Assembly: GCF_004010195.1 (NCBI RefSeq) | Contig: NC_057719.1 | Coordinates: forward strand, 3,955,902 to 4,019,901 | Length of the DNA: 64,000 nt | DNA from: Chiloscyllium plagiosum | Taxonomy: Eukaryota | Direction of reading: 5' to 3' | Shown: piece after piece, positions 39,219 to 51,762 of the stretch | Layout of the letters: each line of letters starts with the position of its first letter | How positions within the stretch are numbered: position 1 is the stretch's first letter | Translations under genes and position numbers: made by a program | The notes under the pieces: generated by a model | Database searches by the model: none | What the model was told of the DNA's origin: nothing | Seen by the model: the letters and a program-made list of their open reading frames with translations, nothing else

Positions 39219-40115
39219 GTTGTGGACCCTTCCCATTACAGGGTTTCTTTGTCTGACACCATGGCCTAGCAGCAACATCCTCTACTGTAAAGACTATTTC
39301 AAAGTATTCATTTAACAACCTGCTTCAATTATAAATCTCGTTTTGGTCTCTAATCAGCTCTTCTCCTTTTAACATCTTTTGTTTTTACTATTTATGCAAC
39401 CATTGAAGACTTTGGGATTCCCCCTTATATTAGCTGCTAATCTTTCCTCATAATTTCTTTGTTTCTCTTATTTGCTTTACCATCTGCCCATTATACTCGA
39501 CATTCCTCTTAGTTGTATTATATTTTCTGCCTTACACTTTTTCTAATGTTAATTTCTATGTCTGTTGTCATCCAGCGAACTCTGGATCGGTTTATCCCAT
39601 TTCAGGAATATACTTCAACAGTACTAGCCAGCTGTTCTTTGAAGGTAGCCTGTTTAGCTACAATTTCTCCTGCCAAGCTCCTCTTCCAGACAAATCTGCC
39701 CAGCTCAATTCTTGCCCCATTGAAATCAGCTCTGTCAATTGATTTTTCTTACTCTGAATTGTTGCATGCCCTTCTCCAACACCATTCTTTAGCCATATGA
39801 TACAAAAATCACTATCTCCTAAATGACCCCCCACTGATATTTGATCCATTTGGCCCACCTGCCATCCAAGGACCAGGTTCAACAATGCATTCCTGTTGTA
39901 GTGGACACACACTGCTGTAGGAAACTCTCCTGAATGTAAGATGAAGATAAAATAGATCTAACCAAGCTATTTACAAATAACAACTTGAAAATAATTGAAA
40001 CTCGCAACAAAACAAAACATCAATCTCAACAACACCTTACTATACCCAAAAGTCAGAGACCATTCCCTTATCACGTTTAAAGCTTTGACTTAACTGTTTC
40101 TTTTAATTTCTGGTT

Positions 40116-40450
40116 TCATAGAATCCTTAGTGTGGAAACAGGCGATTGGACCCAACAAGTCCACCCCAACCCTCCGAAGAGTAACTGACCTGGACCCATT
40201 CCCCTACCACTCTACCTTTACCTTTTGACTAATGCACCTAACCTACACATCCCTGAACACTATGGACAATTTAGCACGGCCAATTCACCTAACTCGCACA
40301 TCTTTGGATTGTGGGAGGTAACCGGAGCACCCGGAGGAAACCCACGCAGACCCTAGGAGAATGTGTAAACTCCACACAGACTGTTGCCCAAGGCTGGAAT
40401 CAAATCTGGGTCCCTGGTGCTGTGAGGCAGTAGTGCTAACCATTGCACCA
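40116..40450 (-). mobile_element. HE1-like V-SINE
   Basis: Reverse complement of the 37463 element. Confidence 0.87.
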
Positions 40451-40451
40451 A

Positions 40452-41050
40452 TAGACAATAGGTGCAGGAGTAGGCCATTCTGCCCTTCGAGCCAGCACCA
40501 CCATTCATTATGATCATGGCTGATTATCCTCAATCAGTATCCTGTTCCTGCCTTATCCCAATAACCCTTGATTCCACTATCCTTAAGAGCGTTATCCATC
40601 TCTTTCTTGAAAGTATCCAGAAACTTGGCCTCCACAGCCTTCTGGGGCAGAGCGTTCCATACACTTATCACTCTCTGGGTGAAGAAGTTTCTCCTCAACT
40701 CTGTTCTAAATGGCCTACCCCTTATTTTTAAACTGTGTCCTCTGGTTCGGGACTCACCCATCAGCGGAAACATGCTTCAGAGTGTCCAATCCTTTAATAA
40801 TCTTATACGTCTCAATCAGATCCCCTCTCAGCCTTCTAAACTCAAGGGTATACAAGCCCAGTCGCTCCAATCTTTCAGCGTTAAGATAGTCCCGCCATTC
40901 TGGGAATTGACCTCATGAACCTATGCTGCACTCCCTCAATAGCCAGAATGTCTTTCCTCAAATTTGGAGACCAAAACTGCACACAATATTCTAGGTACGG
41001 TCTCACCAGGGCCCTGTACAGCTGCAGAAGAACCTCTTTGCTTCTATACC
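40452..41050 (-). mobile_element. CR1 LINE 3' end
   Basis: ORFs 40534-40773 and 40881-41138 with [18 protein letters not shown] and VWNALP motifs. Confidence 0.9.
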
Positions 41051-41827
41051 TTGTTGCCCTGTTATATATGGTCTCGAGAGCTTGATAGCCTCTTTCTTGA
41101 CTATTCACACAATGGAGTTTAAATTTTCTTAACTTCAAATAACCCCTTCAGGGTTGTTACCAAATATATCTGGTCCGGAATTTTGAAACTAAAATCCTTA
41201 CATTAATGCAATCTATTTCCCAAATATTCTGCACTAACTCTTTTTGTTCCAAGAGAAACTGTTGTTACAACTAAATCCAGGAAAGTCACCCGTGAATGGA
41301 AACCAAAGGCTTTCTGATCTGTGGGTATTTCCTAAGTGAAACATTATTGAGTCTTCTAAATCAAAAACAAGCTAATGTCTTTCAGTGTTTGCTCTCTTTA
41401 ATTTCTTGCTGTCAAAATACAAACAAGTCCACGTTATTGCTTCAAGAGAATGCTCAAGGACTGTACTGGCACATAGAAGTTTTAAGTCATGCCTCCATAA
41501 ATTAATTTATTACCCCATTTATCTCACAGGTGAATAAACCATATACAGTTGTTTCAAAGCCTAAACTCTAAAATAAATTATTTCAAACATATAAATATGC
41601 TCAATCTATTTTTATCTACAAAGTGATTAATTTAGTACACAATTACACATTTGCCTGGAGGGCCATCACAACACTTACAGCTGAAAGTGAAATGAAAAGG
41701 CGTCCTATTACAAAGTAAAACTAATGTTTAAGATCCCTGATAGATAGTGGTAATTTAGCACAGTGTTAAATCAGGTGGTTATATGGAAATAGTGATTAAT
41801 TTAGTACACAATTACACATGTGACAAC

Positions 41828-41862
41828 CACCTGATGAAGGTGCAGCGCTCCGAAAGCTAGTG
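41828..41862 (+). ncRNA. Minimal hammerhead ribozyme motif (Penelope repeat)
   Basis: CAC-CTGATGA-A-GGTGC-AGC-GCTCC-GAAA-GCTA-GTG (one T-T mismatch in stem II). Confidence 0.68.
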
Positions 41863-42334
41863 CTTCCAATTAAACCTGTTGGACGATAATCTGGTGTTGT
41901 GTGATTTTTAACTTCATGATAGGAGGCAGAGGATGGTGGTAGAGGGTTGTTGTTCAGCTAAGAGGCTTGTGACCAGTAGTGTATTACAACGAATAGTGCT
42001 GGGTCCACTGTTGTTAGTCATTGATATATTCTCATCCAAATTGTTTCATAGAGGCATCGTTCATAAGTTTGTGGATAACACCAAAATTGGTGGTTTAGTG
42101 AAAAGTAAAGGTGATTATCAAAGAGTACAATACCTTTATCAACTGGGCCAGTGGGCCGAGGAATAGCAGATGCAAGGTGTACATAAGACAAACCAGGACA
42201 GGACTTACACAGTTAATTGTAGGACCTTGGGATGTATTGTCAAGCAGAGAAACATAGGTGCGCAGGTATATAATTCCTTGAAAGCAGAATCACAGGTAGA
42301 CAGGGTGGTTAAGAAGGCATTTGGCATGCTTGGA

Positions 42335-44446
42335 ATATAGAACTGTACAGCACAGGAATGGGCCCTTTGGCCCCATGATGTTGTGCCAAACATGACGTCA
42401 AATTAAATTAATCCTTTCTGCCTGCCATTGGTCCATACCCCTCCATTCCTTTTCTATTCATATGCTAATCTAAAAGTCTCAGACCCTGCTGTCATATCTG
42501 CCTCCACCACCACCCCTGGCAGTGCATTTCACACTCCTACCATTCTGTGTAAAATACTTGCCCTCACATCTCCTTTGAACGTTTCACCCCTCATCTTAAA
42601 TGCATGCTCCCTAGTTTTAGAGATTTCAACTCTGGGAGAAAAGTTCTGACTGTCAATCCTATCTATGCACCTCATAATTTTATTGACTTCTATCAAGTCT
42701 CCCCTCAGCCTCTGTTACTCCAGACAAAACAACCAGAATGTTTCTAGCCTTTCTGTATAGTTCAAACTCTCTAATCCAGGCAGAACCCTAGTAAACCACT
42801 TCTGCACCCTCTCCAAAACCTCCACATCCTTCCTGTGATGTGGCCACCAGAAGTGAACACAATACTCCAAGTGTAGCCTAACCAAAGTCTTATAAAGCTG
42901 CAACATGACATCTTGACTCTTGCACTCAAATCCCCAACCAATAAAAGGAAGTATGCCATATGCCGCCTTCACTACCCTATCTATTTGCGTGGCCACTTTT
43001 GGGGAGCTTTGGACTTGAACCCCAAGATTCCTCTGTACATCAATACTGTTCAAGGTCCTGCTATTAACTGTATACTTTTCCTTAACATTTAATCTCCCAA
43101 AGTGCAGCACCTCACACTTACATGCTTTAAATTCCATCTGCCATTTCTCCACACGTATCTGCAAATGATCTATATCCCGCTGTTTCCTTTGACAACCTTC
43201 TACACGATCTGTAATTCCACCATCTTTGTATCATTGCAAACTTACTAAGCCACCCATCTACATTTTCATCCAGGTCATTTATCTATTATCACAAACAGCA
43301 GAGGTCCCTTTAGAACACCACTAATTGTGGACCTCCAGTCTGAAAAACAACTTTCCACCACCATATTCTGCCTTCCATGAGCAAGCCAATTCTGAATCCA
43401 TGCAGCCAAATCACTGTGTATTCCTTGCGTCTTAATCTTCTGGATGAGCTTACTATGAGGGACCTTGTCAAAAGCCTTATTAAACTCCATGTAGATGACA
43501 TCCACTATTCGACCTTCATCAATCACTTTTGTCACCTCCTTGAAAAGTTCAATCAAGTTAGTAAGGCATGACCTGCCCTGCACAAAGCTATGCTGACTAT
43601 CCCTAATTAGGCTATGCTTTTCCAAATGCATGTAAATCCTATCCCTTAGAATTCTCTCCAATAACTTCCCAACCACCAGTCTAAGACTCATTGGTCTGTA
43701 GTTTCCTTCTTGAATAGAGGAACAACATTAGCTACTCGCAACTCCTCTGGGATCTCTCCAGTGGCGAATGAGCAGACAAAGACCTTGGTCAAGGCCCCAG
43801 CAATCTCCTCACCTTGCCTAACCTGGGGTAGATATCATCAGACCCTGAGGACTTATTCATTTTAATGCTCTTCAAGAGATCCTTTCTTTGTTTTTGAGAT
43901 CTTTCTTGATCTCAAAATGCCGTAACACATTAGCACAAATCTCACCATCCTCCATATCCTTTACCTGTGTGAATACTAATATGAAGTACTCATTTAGGAT
44001 TTTATCCATATCCACTGCCTCCAAGCCTCCCTCCTTTGTCCTTGAGTGGTCCTATCTCCTCTCTAGATATCCTCTTGCCTTGCGATTCTCTTTAATCCTA
44101 CTTGCCAAGGTTATTTCATGACCTCTTCTTGCTCTCCTAATTCCCTGACAGAGTTCTTTCCTGCTTTCTTTACATTTCTCATGGGCTCTGTCTGATTTTA
44201 AATTCCTAAACCTTGCAACTGCTTCTTTTTCCCTTTTGACTAAATCCATAATCTCCCTCATTATCTAAGGGTCCCTTACTTTGCCATCCTTATCCTGCCT
44301 CCTTATGGAACATGCCAGTCCTGAACTGTCATTAGCAGGTCTTTAAACAATTCCCATATGTCAGATGTTCACTTGTCTGATAACAACTCCTCCCAATTCA
44401 CACTCCCTAGCTCCTGACTAATACTGAATTAACTTGCCCTCCCCCC
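42335..44446 (-). mobile_element. CR1 LINE ORF2 fragment (RT)
   Basis: ORFs 42715-43164, 43275-43691 and 44052-44261 with RT motifs; inserted into a + strand CR1 piece at ~41920-42330. Confidence 0.9.
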
Positions 44447-44960
44447 TGAGAACATGTATAGGGTATAAGCAGCTAGGGAAAGAGTAAAGTTCTGAATTTT
44501 GTGAAATGTGGTTCGGCTGAGCATGACTCAGATTAGATAAGAACTTATAGTTAACAATTGGGTGCTGGATGCAAGAGTAATTGGTTAACAGGTGGAAAAG
44601 CAGTCATTATGTCAAGCCATTTAACAATATTGGAAGCGTTCAGTATGCAAGGTCAGCTAACAAGGGGAAAAGTATCCAGTTAACAAGGTTCAGAAGATTC
44701 ACTATGTAACAGTAAAGGGCTTGGTCTCTGCTACTGATACTTGTTGATTGGAACGGTCACCCAATTATTATGTATGTTGCCTCCCTGTAAAGTGACCACA
44801 TAGTTCATTGAGAAACTGCTGTTCCAGAGAAGACTGTGAACTCATGTCCCTGTGCACATGGGTGATCGTTCTCTCTCCCTCCAGGGCCCAGAATAAAGAT
44901 GAAGGAGGTAAAACTATATTGTGTCTCTGAGCTTTTTGCTTTGACTGATTGGGGAGGAGA
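44447..44960 (+). mobile_element. LTR-like repeat (solo LTR candidate), copy 1
   Basis: Starts TGAGAA; AATAAA at ~44892; homologous by eye along its length to 51763-52265 in reverse orientation. Confidence 0.6.
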
Positions 44961-44964
44961 AGTA

Positions 44965-45455
44965 AGGAAGTTAGTAAAACCGGAAAGGATACAAAAAGGT
45001 TTAAAAGGATGGAAGGTTTGAGTTATAAGGAGAAGCTGGATAGGCTGGGACTTTTTTCCCTGGCACATAGGAAGCTGAAGGGTGACATAATAGAGATTTT
45101 TAAAAATCATGAAAAGGACCTAGATAAGGTGAATTGCCAAGATCTTTTCCCTAGGACAGGGGAGTTGAAAACAACAGGTGCATAGGTTTAAGGTCAGAGG
45201 GGGAAAGATTTAAAAGGGACCTGAAGGGCAGCTTTTTTGCATGCTGGGTGGTGTGTACATGGAACAGGCTGCCAGAGGAAGTGGTGGAGGCAGGTACATT
45301 AACAGTACTTGAAAGATATTTGGGCAGAAACGTGGATAGGAAATATTCAGAAGGATATGGGCTAAATAAAGGCAAATGGGATTAGTTCAGTCTAAGAAAC
45401 CTGATCAATATGGATGAGTGGGACCAAAGGGCCTGTTTCCATGCTTATGACTCTT
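44965..45455 (+). mobile_element. CR1 LINE 3' end
   Basis: GLSYKEKLDRLGLFSL and KGDIIEIFK motifs, CR1 tail. Confidence 0.85.
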
Positions 45456-45959
45456 CATAAAAAATCTTGGACACAAAAAATTCTGTAAGCATGATCTTAA
45501 CCTTCACAAACTACCTAATGAAGGAGTGGTGCTTCAAAAGCTAGTGCTTCCAAATAAACCTGTTGGACTATAATCTGGTGTTGTGCGATTTTTAACTTTG
45601 AGGAAGAAACGTCAACTCGTAACATCACCTAAACGAAAAAAAAACTACGGACGCTGGAAATCTGAAACAAACGCAGACATGTTGGAGAAATTCAGGTGCT
45701 ATGAAAACTAGCTATACTGGGGGCCTCGACACGTCCTGAGGAAGGGCTTTTGTCCGACACGTCGATTTTCCTGATCCTCGGATGCTGCCTGACCTGCTGT
45801 GCTGTTCCAGCACCACTCTGATCTAAACTCTGGTTTCCAGCATCTGCAGTCTTCACTTTTGCCTACGTTCCACAAATTGTGCCAACCCTGCTGAGTTTCT
45901 TCAGCACCCCCTGTGCTTGTTTCAGGTTTCCAGCCTCTACGGTACTTTCCTTTTAAACA

Positions 45960-47450
45960 CTTTCAACCGGGGCCCGAGTGATACCAGTGTGGGTACCATG
46001 GGGCTTGTGTTTTTTTTTCTGTTGTTGTTGCAAACAGACACGGTAGGAAGGCAACGTCCAAGATGGCAGCTTGTGAATACGGTCTATCCGTGTGCAAGCA
46101 GCTTGTTGACCACCGCCGGCCGGAGCGCTGTCCGCCCCGTCCGACCCTAACGAGCGACGTGATTGGATCCCCTCTGCCGCCTGTGCTCCCGTGGACCAAT
46201 CGGAAATCCTGATGCATCGGGCTGGGGCCGAAAGGAGGGAGAAGGGGGCGGGGAAAAGGGAGGAAAAAGAACAGGGTGGCGAATGCGCGCGCAGCCTGCG
46301 GCCCGTCCAGGTGAAAAGGAAAGGGAGTGGAGAAGCGAGGAAGGAAAACATTTTCTTTTTAAAAAAAATATCCAGAGAGGACGGGGGTGGGTGGGATTTC
46401 AAAGAAGGCCGCGAAACGGGAAGGGAAGGAAGAATTTTTCTTTTTTTTTTAAAAAAAAGAGAACGAGTTACCTGAAAGGGGAAAGGGTGGGGTGCCGAAC
46501 AGACACCGGGCAATTACCAGCAACAGCGGCAGGGGAGGGGGAGGGGAGTTGAAAACCGTCGCCATCCTCCCGAACTCTACCTCCAACCCTCTCCCTCCCC
46601 TCAACAACAAACACACTCAATGCATCGTTACAGCCGGGGGTAAGCGACACTTCTTCTTTTCGAGACACTTCACGTCATATGTACATTTAAAACGCGCGTA
46701 TAAATATCTAATCAACGTGGTGGGGTGGGAAAAAAAGAGGAAAAAAAAACTGGTACTTGTTAATCCTTCAGACGGTTCTGCCCCTCTCCCTCTCCTCCTC
46801 CTCCTCCTCCGGCCGCGTGGCTGCGCGAGTGCCGCCAACGGCTTCCCTTTACCAGAATGTTCCGCCAGCCTCGCACGCGCGCCTCGGGCCGTTAACGGAC
46901 GCTCTCCCTCACCTCGTGTTTGAATTTTTAATTCTCTTCCCCCCCCCCCAACGCCGCGGGTGCTAAAGAGTTTGATTTTTAAAGATATTTTAATTTTCAC
47001 GTATCACCAATCACAGCCGGGGATCTTTACCCGATGTAATCTCAGTAGTTGGAGGCCTAACTGAGATTTTATTGTTCGCAGTCTTCCCCGTCTTTTTTTT
47101 TTAGAAAAGACACAGTTCTGGATATTTAAAGGTCTGGGCCTGTTAGCCTCGGAGTGGGAGTAGGTGGCTGAGGTCGCGCTGCGAGGCCTAGTGTTCAGGC
47201 TTCTGAAGCAGTCTTGCCCCGGTTCTAATTGGGATTGCTCTACATCCACACATTCTCCCCACCCACGGGGCGTCGACGTTTTTGGGGGTCGCGTGTTAGC
47301 GTTTATTAAACTCTTTGTGAGGCCATGCCGGCTAGTGATCACATCGGCTGCATCCGCAGAGGAGAAGGGAAACCGACTGCTGTCTTGAAGTTAATAGAAA
47401 CTCTCCCAGGAATCCGGTCTGCGGTGCTGCCCCCGGTGATTCTCAGCCAG
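45960..47450. promoter_or_regulatory. CpG island / TATA-less promoter, probably of DICER1 (by synteny)
   Basis: Sharp rise in GC and CpG in a CpG-depleted window; YY1-like CAAGATGGC (~46059), inverted CCAAT (gattgg 46161), CCAAT (46196, 47007), GC box GGGGCGGGG (~46245), NRF1-like TGCGCGCGCA (46284-46293). Confidence 0.8.
46290..46639 (+). other. DICER1: Putative non-coding first exon of the downstream gene (likely DICER1); 5' end uncertain
   Basis: Strong GGG|GTAAGC donor at 46640, downstream of the promoter motifs; CLMN-DICER1 tandem order in human; no coding exon seen in the window. Confidence 0.4.
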
Positions 47451-49189
47451 TTCTTCACTATCCTTCACTTGCCAAGGGTTTCACATGATAACCCATCCTT
47501 CGTTCACATCTATTTCGCCTTCCATGCCCTCAGGTTATGTCATATTCTCGTCATTTTTATCGAGTTTACTGCCCTTTGTTGAGCTTTTGTCGTCTTGTCT
47601 AACGTAGTTGTTCATTTCTTCTCAGCAGTAATGGTTTGCATTTATATAACACCAGTTAAACATCTTAAAATGCATTCTTTACAGAAGTACTTTATTTGTT
47701 TTAAAAGTTGATTAGAACCATGGAACGTATTAAGGCAGATGACTAAGTGTTCACTCAAACAAGTAGATTTTAAGGGCATGGTCAAAAATCACACCACACT
47801 GGGTCATAGTCCCAACAAATTTGCAGCTGCCTAAGGAAGGAGTTGAGGCTCCAAAAGATTGCTGTGTCACATAAACCTGTTTGAGTATAACCCGGTGTTG
47901 TTTGATTTTTGACTTTGTCCGCCCCAGTCCAACACTGGCACTTCCACATTAGAGGATATAGGCATTCAGCTTTCAGGGATTCGGCAGTTGCAGGTATAGC
48001 CACCCATAGTTGGACAAAGGAAATCAGGGGTATGCAAGTGATCAGAATCTTTCTCATTAAATTTTTGCCCGTGACCAAATCTACTATAAACATGTTTAAG
48101 CCTAACCATCATAGTCAAGCTGGTCATCTGATTTCCCATCTGAAATTCTTTCGTATTGCTGCTAGAAAAAAGTCTACTATTCATCATTCTTCTGTTACAC
48201 GGTAACTTGCGTGTTTTGCACTTGTGCGCTTTTTGCCGTGTACGATTATGTGGTTTGTGCTGTCCATGTAGCACCCTTGGTACGGGTGGAATGCTGTCTT
48301 TTTTTTACTGTATCAGTTGTATATGGTAGAAATGACAAAAAAGCTACTCTACTATTCACACATTGCACAGTGGAGCTGTTTGGAGTCCTAGTCAAAATTA
48401 ACTTAGTCTTTTTATCCCTCTTGCCAGAGGAAGCAAGTATTATTTAAAAATCATTAAGCACTTTGAGAACTTTAGTTTTGGCACAAACCTTTTGCTGTGT
48501 TGCGCAACATTAAAATTTAGCAGCATTTTGTGGAATTTTGTATAACGGAGACATTTTATTTCAAGGATAAAAAGCAAAATGCTTTAAATCCTCTATGTAT
48601 AGCAGTATCTATGGAGAAAAACGGTTTTAGGTAGATGATCTTTCATGGATGCTAGTGTTTTTTTTCTCCACGTATTCTGCCAGACCTCATGAATAATTGC
48701 TGCATTTTTTTGTTTTTATTTCAGACTTCCAAAATACACACTATTTTGTTTCTTGTGCTATTTCAAGCATGTTTGTTGGTCGACTTGGACAATTTTAAGT
48801 ATTGTACTATACTAGTCTATGCACTGAAATTAAGTGGTTCCCACAAATGTTTGTGTACTGTTTGTTTACAGTGAAGCCTGCTTGAAAACATGCAATGAAA
48901 TTGTAAAACTCTGCTTGTAGTGGGGTTTTTTCCTCCTCTTGGTCATACCACTTCTGTACCTTGAAGTAGATCAATTTTATTGATCCATTTCAGGCCAGTA
49001 GGTGTTCGTACTTGTTTTTAAAAATGCCATTATTAATGTGAAGGCTATGAATATTGTGTTTGACTGAAGCTTCCAGTGACACAGTCTTGTTCTATTTAAG
49101 ATATAGTACTGATACTCCAGGACTGGTTAGAACCTTTCAGAATATCCCAATATGTTTTATTCATTTAGGGGCTTTTCAAATGTAGTTAT

Positions 49190-49740
49190 ACAGTCCGATG
49201 TACAGCACAGAAACAGACCCTTCGGTCCAACTAGTCCATGCTGATCAGATACCTTAAATTAATTGATTCCCATTTCCCAATATTTGCCCTATCTCCATCT
49301 AAACTCTTCCTATTCATATATCTTTCCAGTTGCCTTCTAAATGTTGTAATTGTACCACCCTCCACCACTAACTCTGGCAGTTCATTCCATATATTCTCCA
49401 CCCTGTGTGAAAGGATTGCCCCGGTGTCATTTTTAAATCTTTTCCCTCTCAGTAAACCTTTGCCCTCTAGCTTGGACTCCCCTACCCTGGGGAAAAGATC
49501 TTGAGTATTCATTTTATCTATTCCACTTATGATTTTATAAATCTCTTCAAGGTCAGCCCTCAGCCTCTGATGCTCCAGGCAAAATAGCGTCAGCCTGTTC
49601 AACCTCTTCCTATAGCTCAAAGCCTCCAACCTTGGCAACATCCTTGTAAAATCTTTCTGCACCTTTTAGGTTTCATAACATCCTTCTCAGAGCAGGGAGA
49701 CCAAAATTGAATGCAGTAATCCAAAAGTGATCTAACTTTA
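49190..49740 (-). mobile_element. CR1 LINE 3' end
   Basis: ORF 49231-49662 (FTRMLP, IWNELP). Confidence 0.88.
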
Positions 49741-50261
49741 TTGTAGTCATGCAGTACCAAAGTCTCATGAACAAGAATGAGTTCAATGTATTTTTAATAG
49801 CATTGGTTGAGAGATGAATGTTAGACAGGGGACTGAAGAGATGGTGTTAGAGCAGTGACATGGAGAATTTGCAGTCAGTGAGAAGACAGATGGAGCCTTA
49901 GTATGACATCTCTTCTGGAAATGGCATCATTAACAATGCAGTAGTTCTGTTCTGCAGTATAGTTCCACTTCAGATTATGGCCTTGTCTTGTGTTTTGTTT
50001 TGGCTAAGTACAAGTTACATTGAGATTTTTGGAGGGATTTCCACCTCAAGATGTAGAGTTTTCTCACCGTATCTTGCCAAACTCGTGTCATTGCTTACTT
50101 ACCCAACCTACGCCACTTGTCATGCCTAATTCTATCTATGTAGTAACCCTTGTAGTGCCTAAATGCAGCTGCCATTTGGCAGATAACCAAGAATTCACTT
50201 GTGTGTGTACCATCTTTAAAGGCACATTGTGCACTTGGACAAAGACTCTGCGCTGTTCAGC

Positions 50262-50568
50262 TTAGATTAGATTACAATGTGGAAACAGGCCCTTCGGCCC
50301 AACAAGTCCACACCAACCTGCCGAAGCGTAACCCACCCATACCCCTACATTTGCGCCTTACCTAACACTATGGGCAATTTAGCATGGCCAATTCACCTGA
50401 CCTGCACATCTTTGGACTGTGGGGGAAACCGGAGCACCCGGAGGAAACACGCTGACACGGGGAGAACGTGCAAACTCCACACAAAGTCAGTCGCCTGAGG
50501 CGGGAATTGAACCCGGATCTCTGGCGCTGTGAGGCAGCAGTGCTAACCACTGTGCCACCGTGCCGCCC
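50262..50568 (-). mobile_element. Full-length HE1-like V-SINE
   Basis: Near-identical reverse complement of 37463-37785. Confidence 0.9.
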
Positions 50569-50596
50569 ACACCTGTCTTGCATGGTATCTTTCTGT

Positions 50597-51690
50597 TTAA
50601 AAATCACACAACACCAGGTTATAGTACAAGTTTATTTGGAATCACTAGCTTTCAGAGCACAACTCCTTCAAGTGGTTGTGGAGTTTAAGACCATGAGACA
50701 CAATTTATAGTAAGAGATTACAGTTTCATACAGTGACATTGAACAAACCTAGATTAAGTCTTTTAGAATGGATTGCATGTTTGTCTTTAATATGTAAATT
50801 CCTGAACTACTATTAAGTCACCTTGTCGAGATAACGTAGGGATTTATAAGGTGACATCTCAGCTCAGACATTGTATTAAAGGTGTGAGGTCAGAGTCTGT
50901 CTGTATCCCAATCTTGAGTCAGACTGGTTTGATTTCTAAAGTGGAATTCACAAAATATTGCATGTATTGACTGCCTGCAGACTGTGCATTTTTGAGCAAA
51001 ATAGAATGTATCTGCAAATATAATTCTGCAAATACAAATTCACCCAGAGACTGGTATATGTGTGCTCATGCATGAGACAGAGAGAGAGTATTTGCATGTT
51101 TGAAGGCTCGTAAAGTGTGGGTGTGATGGAGTATAAGCCTGGAAGAGGGTGTGGGGGCTGTATGTGTGTGTGTGTGTATTGGGAAAGGGTCTGCGGGAAT
51201 GTGTATGTGTTTGCATGTGTGGGAGTGTATTGTGTAGTGGGGTAACCTGTAGTGTGATATGAACCCAATATCCCAGTTGAGGCCATCCTCATGGGAACTG
51301 AACCTGCCCATCAGCTTCTGCTTGGCCACTTTGCATTGTTGCCTATCCAAAAGTCTGCCTTGGAGGACAGTCACCTGAAGATCCAAGGCCAAATGTCCCA
51401 GATCGCTGAAGTGCTCCCTGACTGGGTGGGAACGTCACTGTCTGTTGTTTTTGTGGTGTCCGTTCATCTGTTGTTGTAGCGTCTGCTTGGTCTTGCCAAT
51501 GTACCATGCCTCAGGCCATCCTTGCCTGCAGCGTATGAGACAGACAATGTTGGCCAAGTCACGTGAGCACCTGCTCTGCGTACACGGTTGGTGGTGTCCC
51601 CACGTGTAATGGTGTTATCCATGTTGACACTCTGACACATCTTGCAGTGGTTGAGATGACAGGGTTGTATGTGGTCGATGTTGTTCTAAA
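50597..51690 (-). mobile_element. Penelope-like element 3' part with GIY-YIG endonuclease and terminal repeat
   Basis: Minus strand LANIVCLIRCRQGWPEAWYIGKTKQT...VLQGRL...QKLMGRFSSHEDGLNWDIGF; ends in the GAAAGCTAGTG repeat family. Confidence 0.85.
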
Positions 51691-51762
51691 GGCGGGGCAA
51701 TTCGCTGAGAATAATCATTGCATGGTTCCTGACATTCTTGGACAGGGCAAACAATGTTGTCC

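Noticed and set aside
45512..45770. Hammerheads at ~45512 and ~45736 as active ribozymes
   Set aside because: Core mutations (CTAATGA with AAAA; GACA for GAAA); copies at 38808, 47830 and 50643 are likewise degenerate
45917..47582. Many overlapping ORFs in the GC-rich island
   Set aside because: Low-complexity translations expected from stop-poor GC-rich DNA
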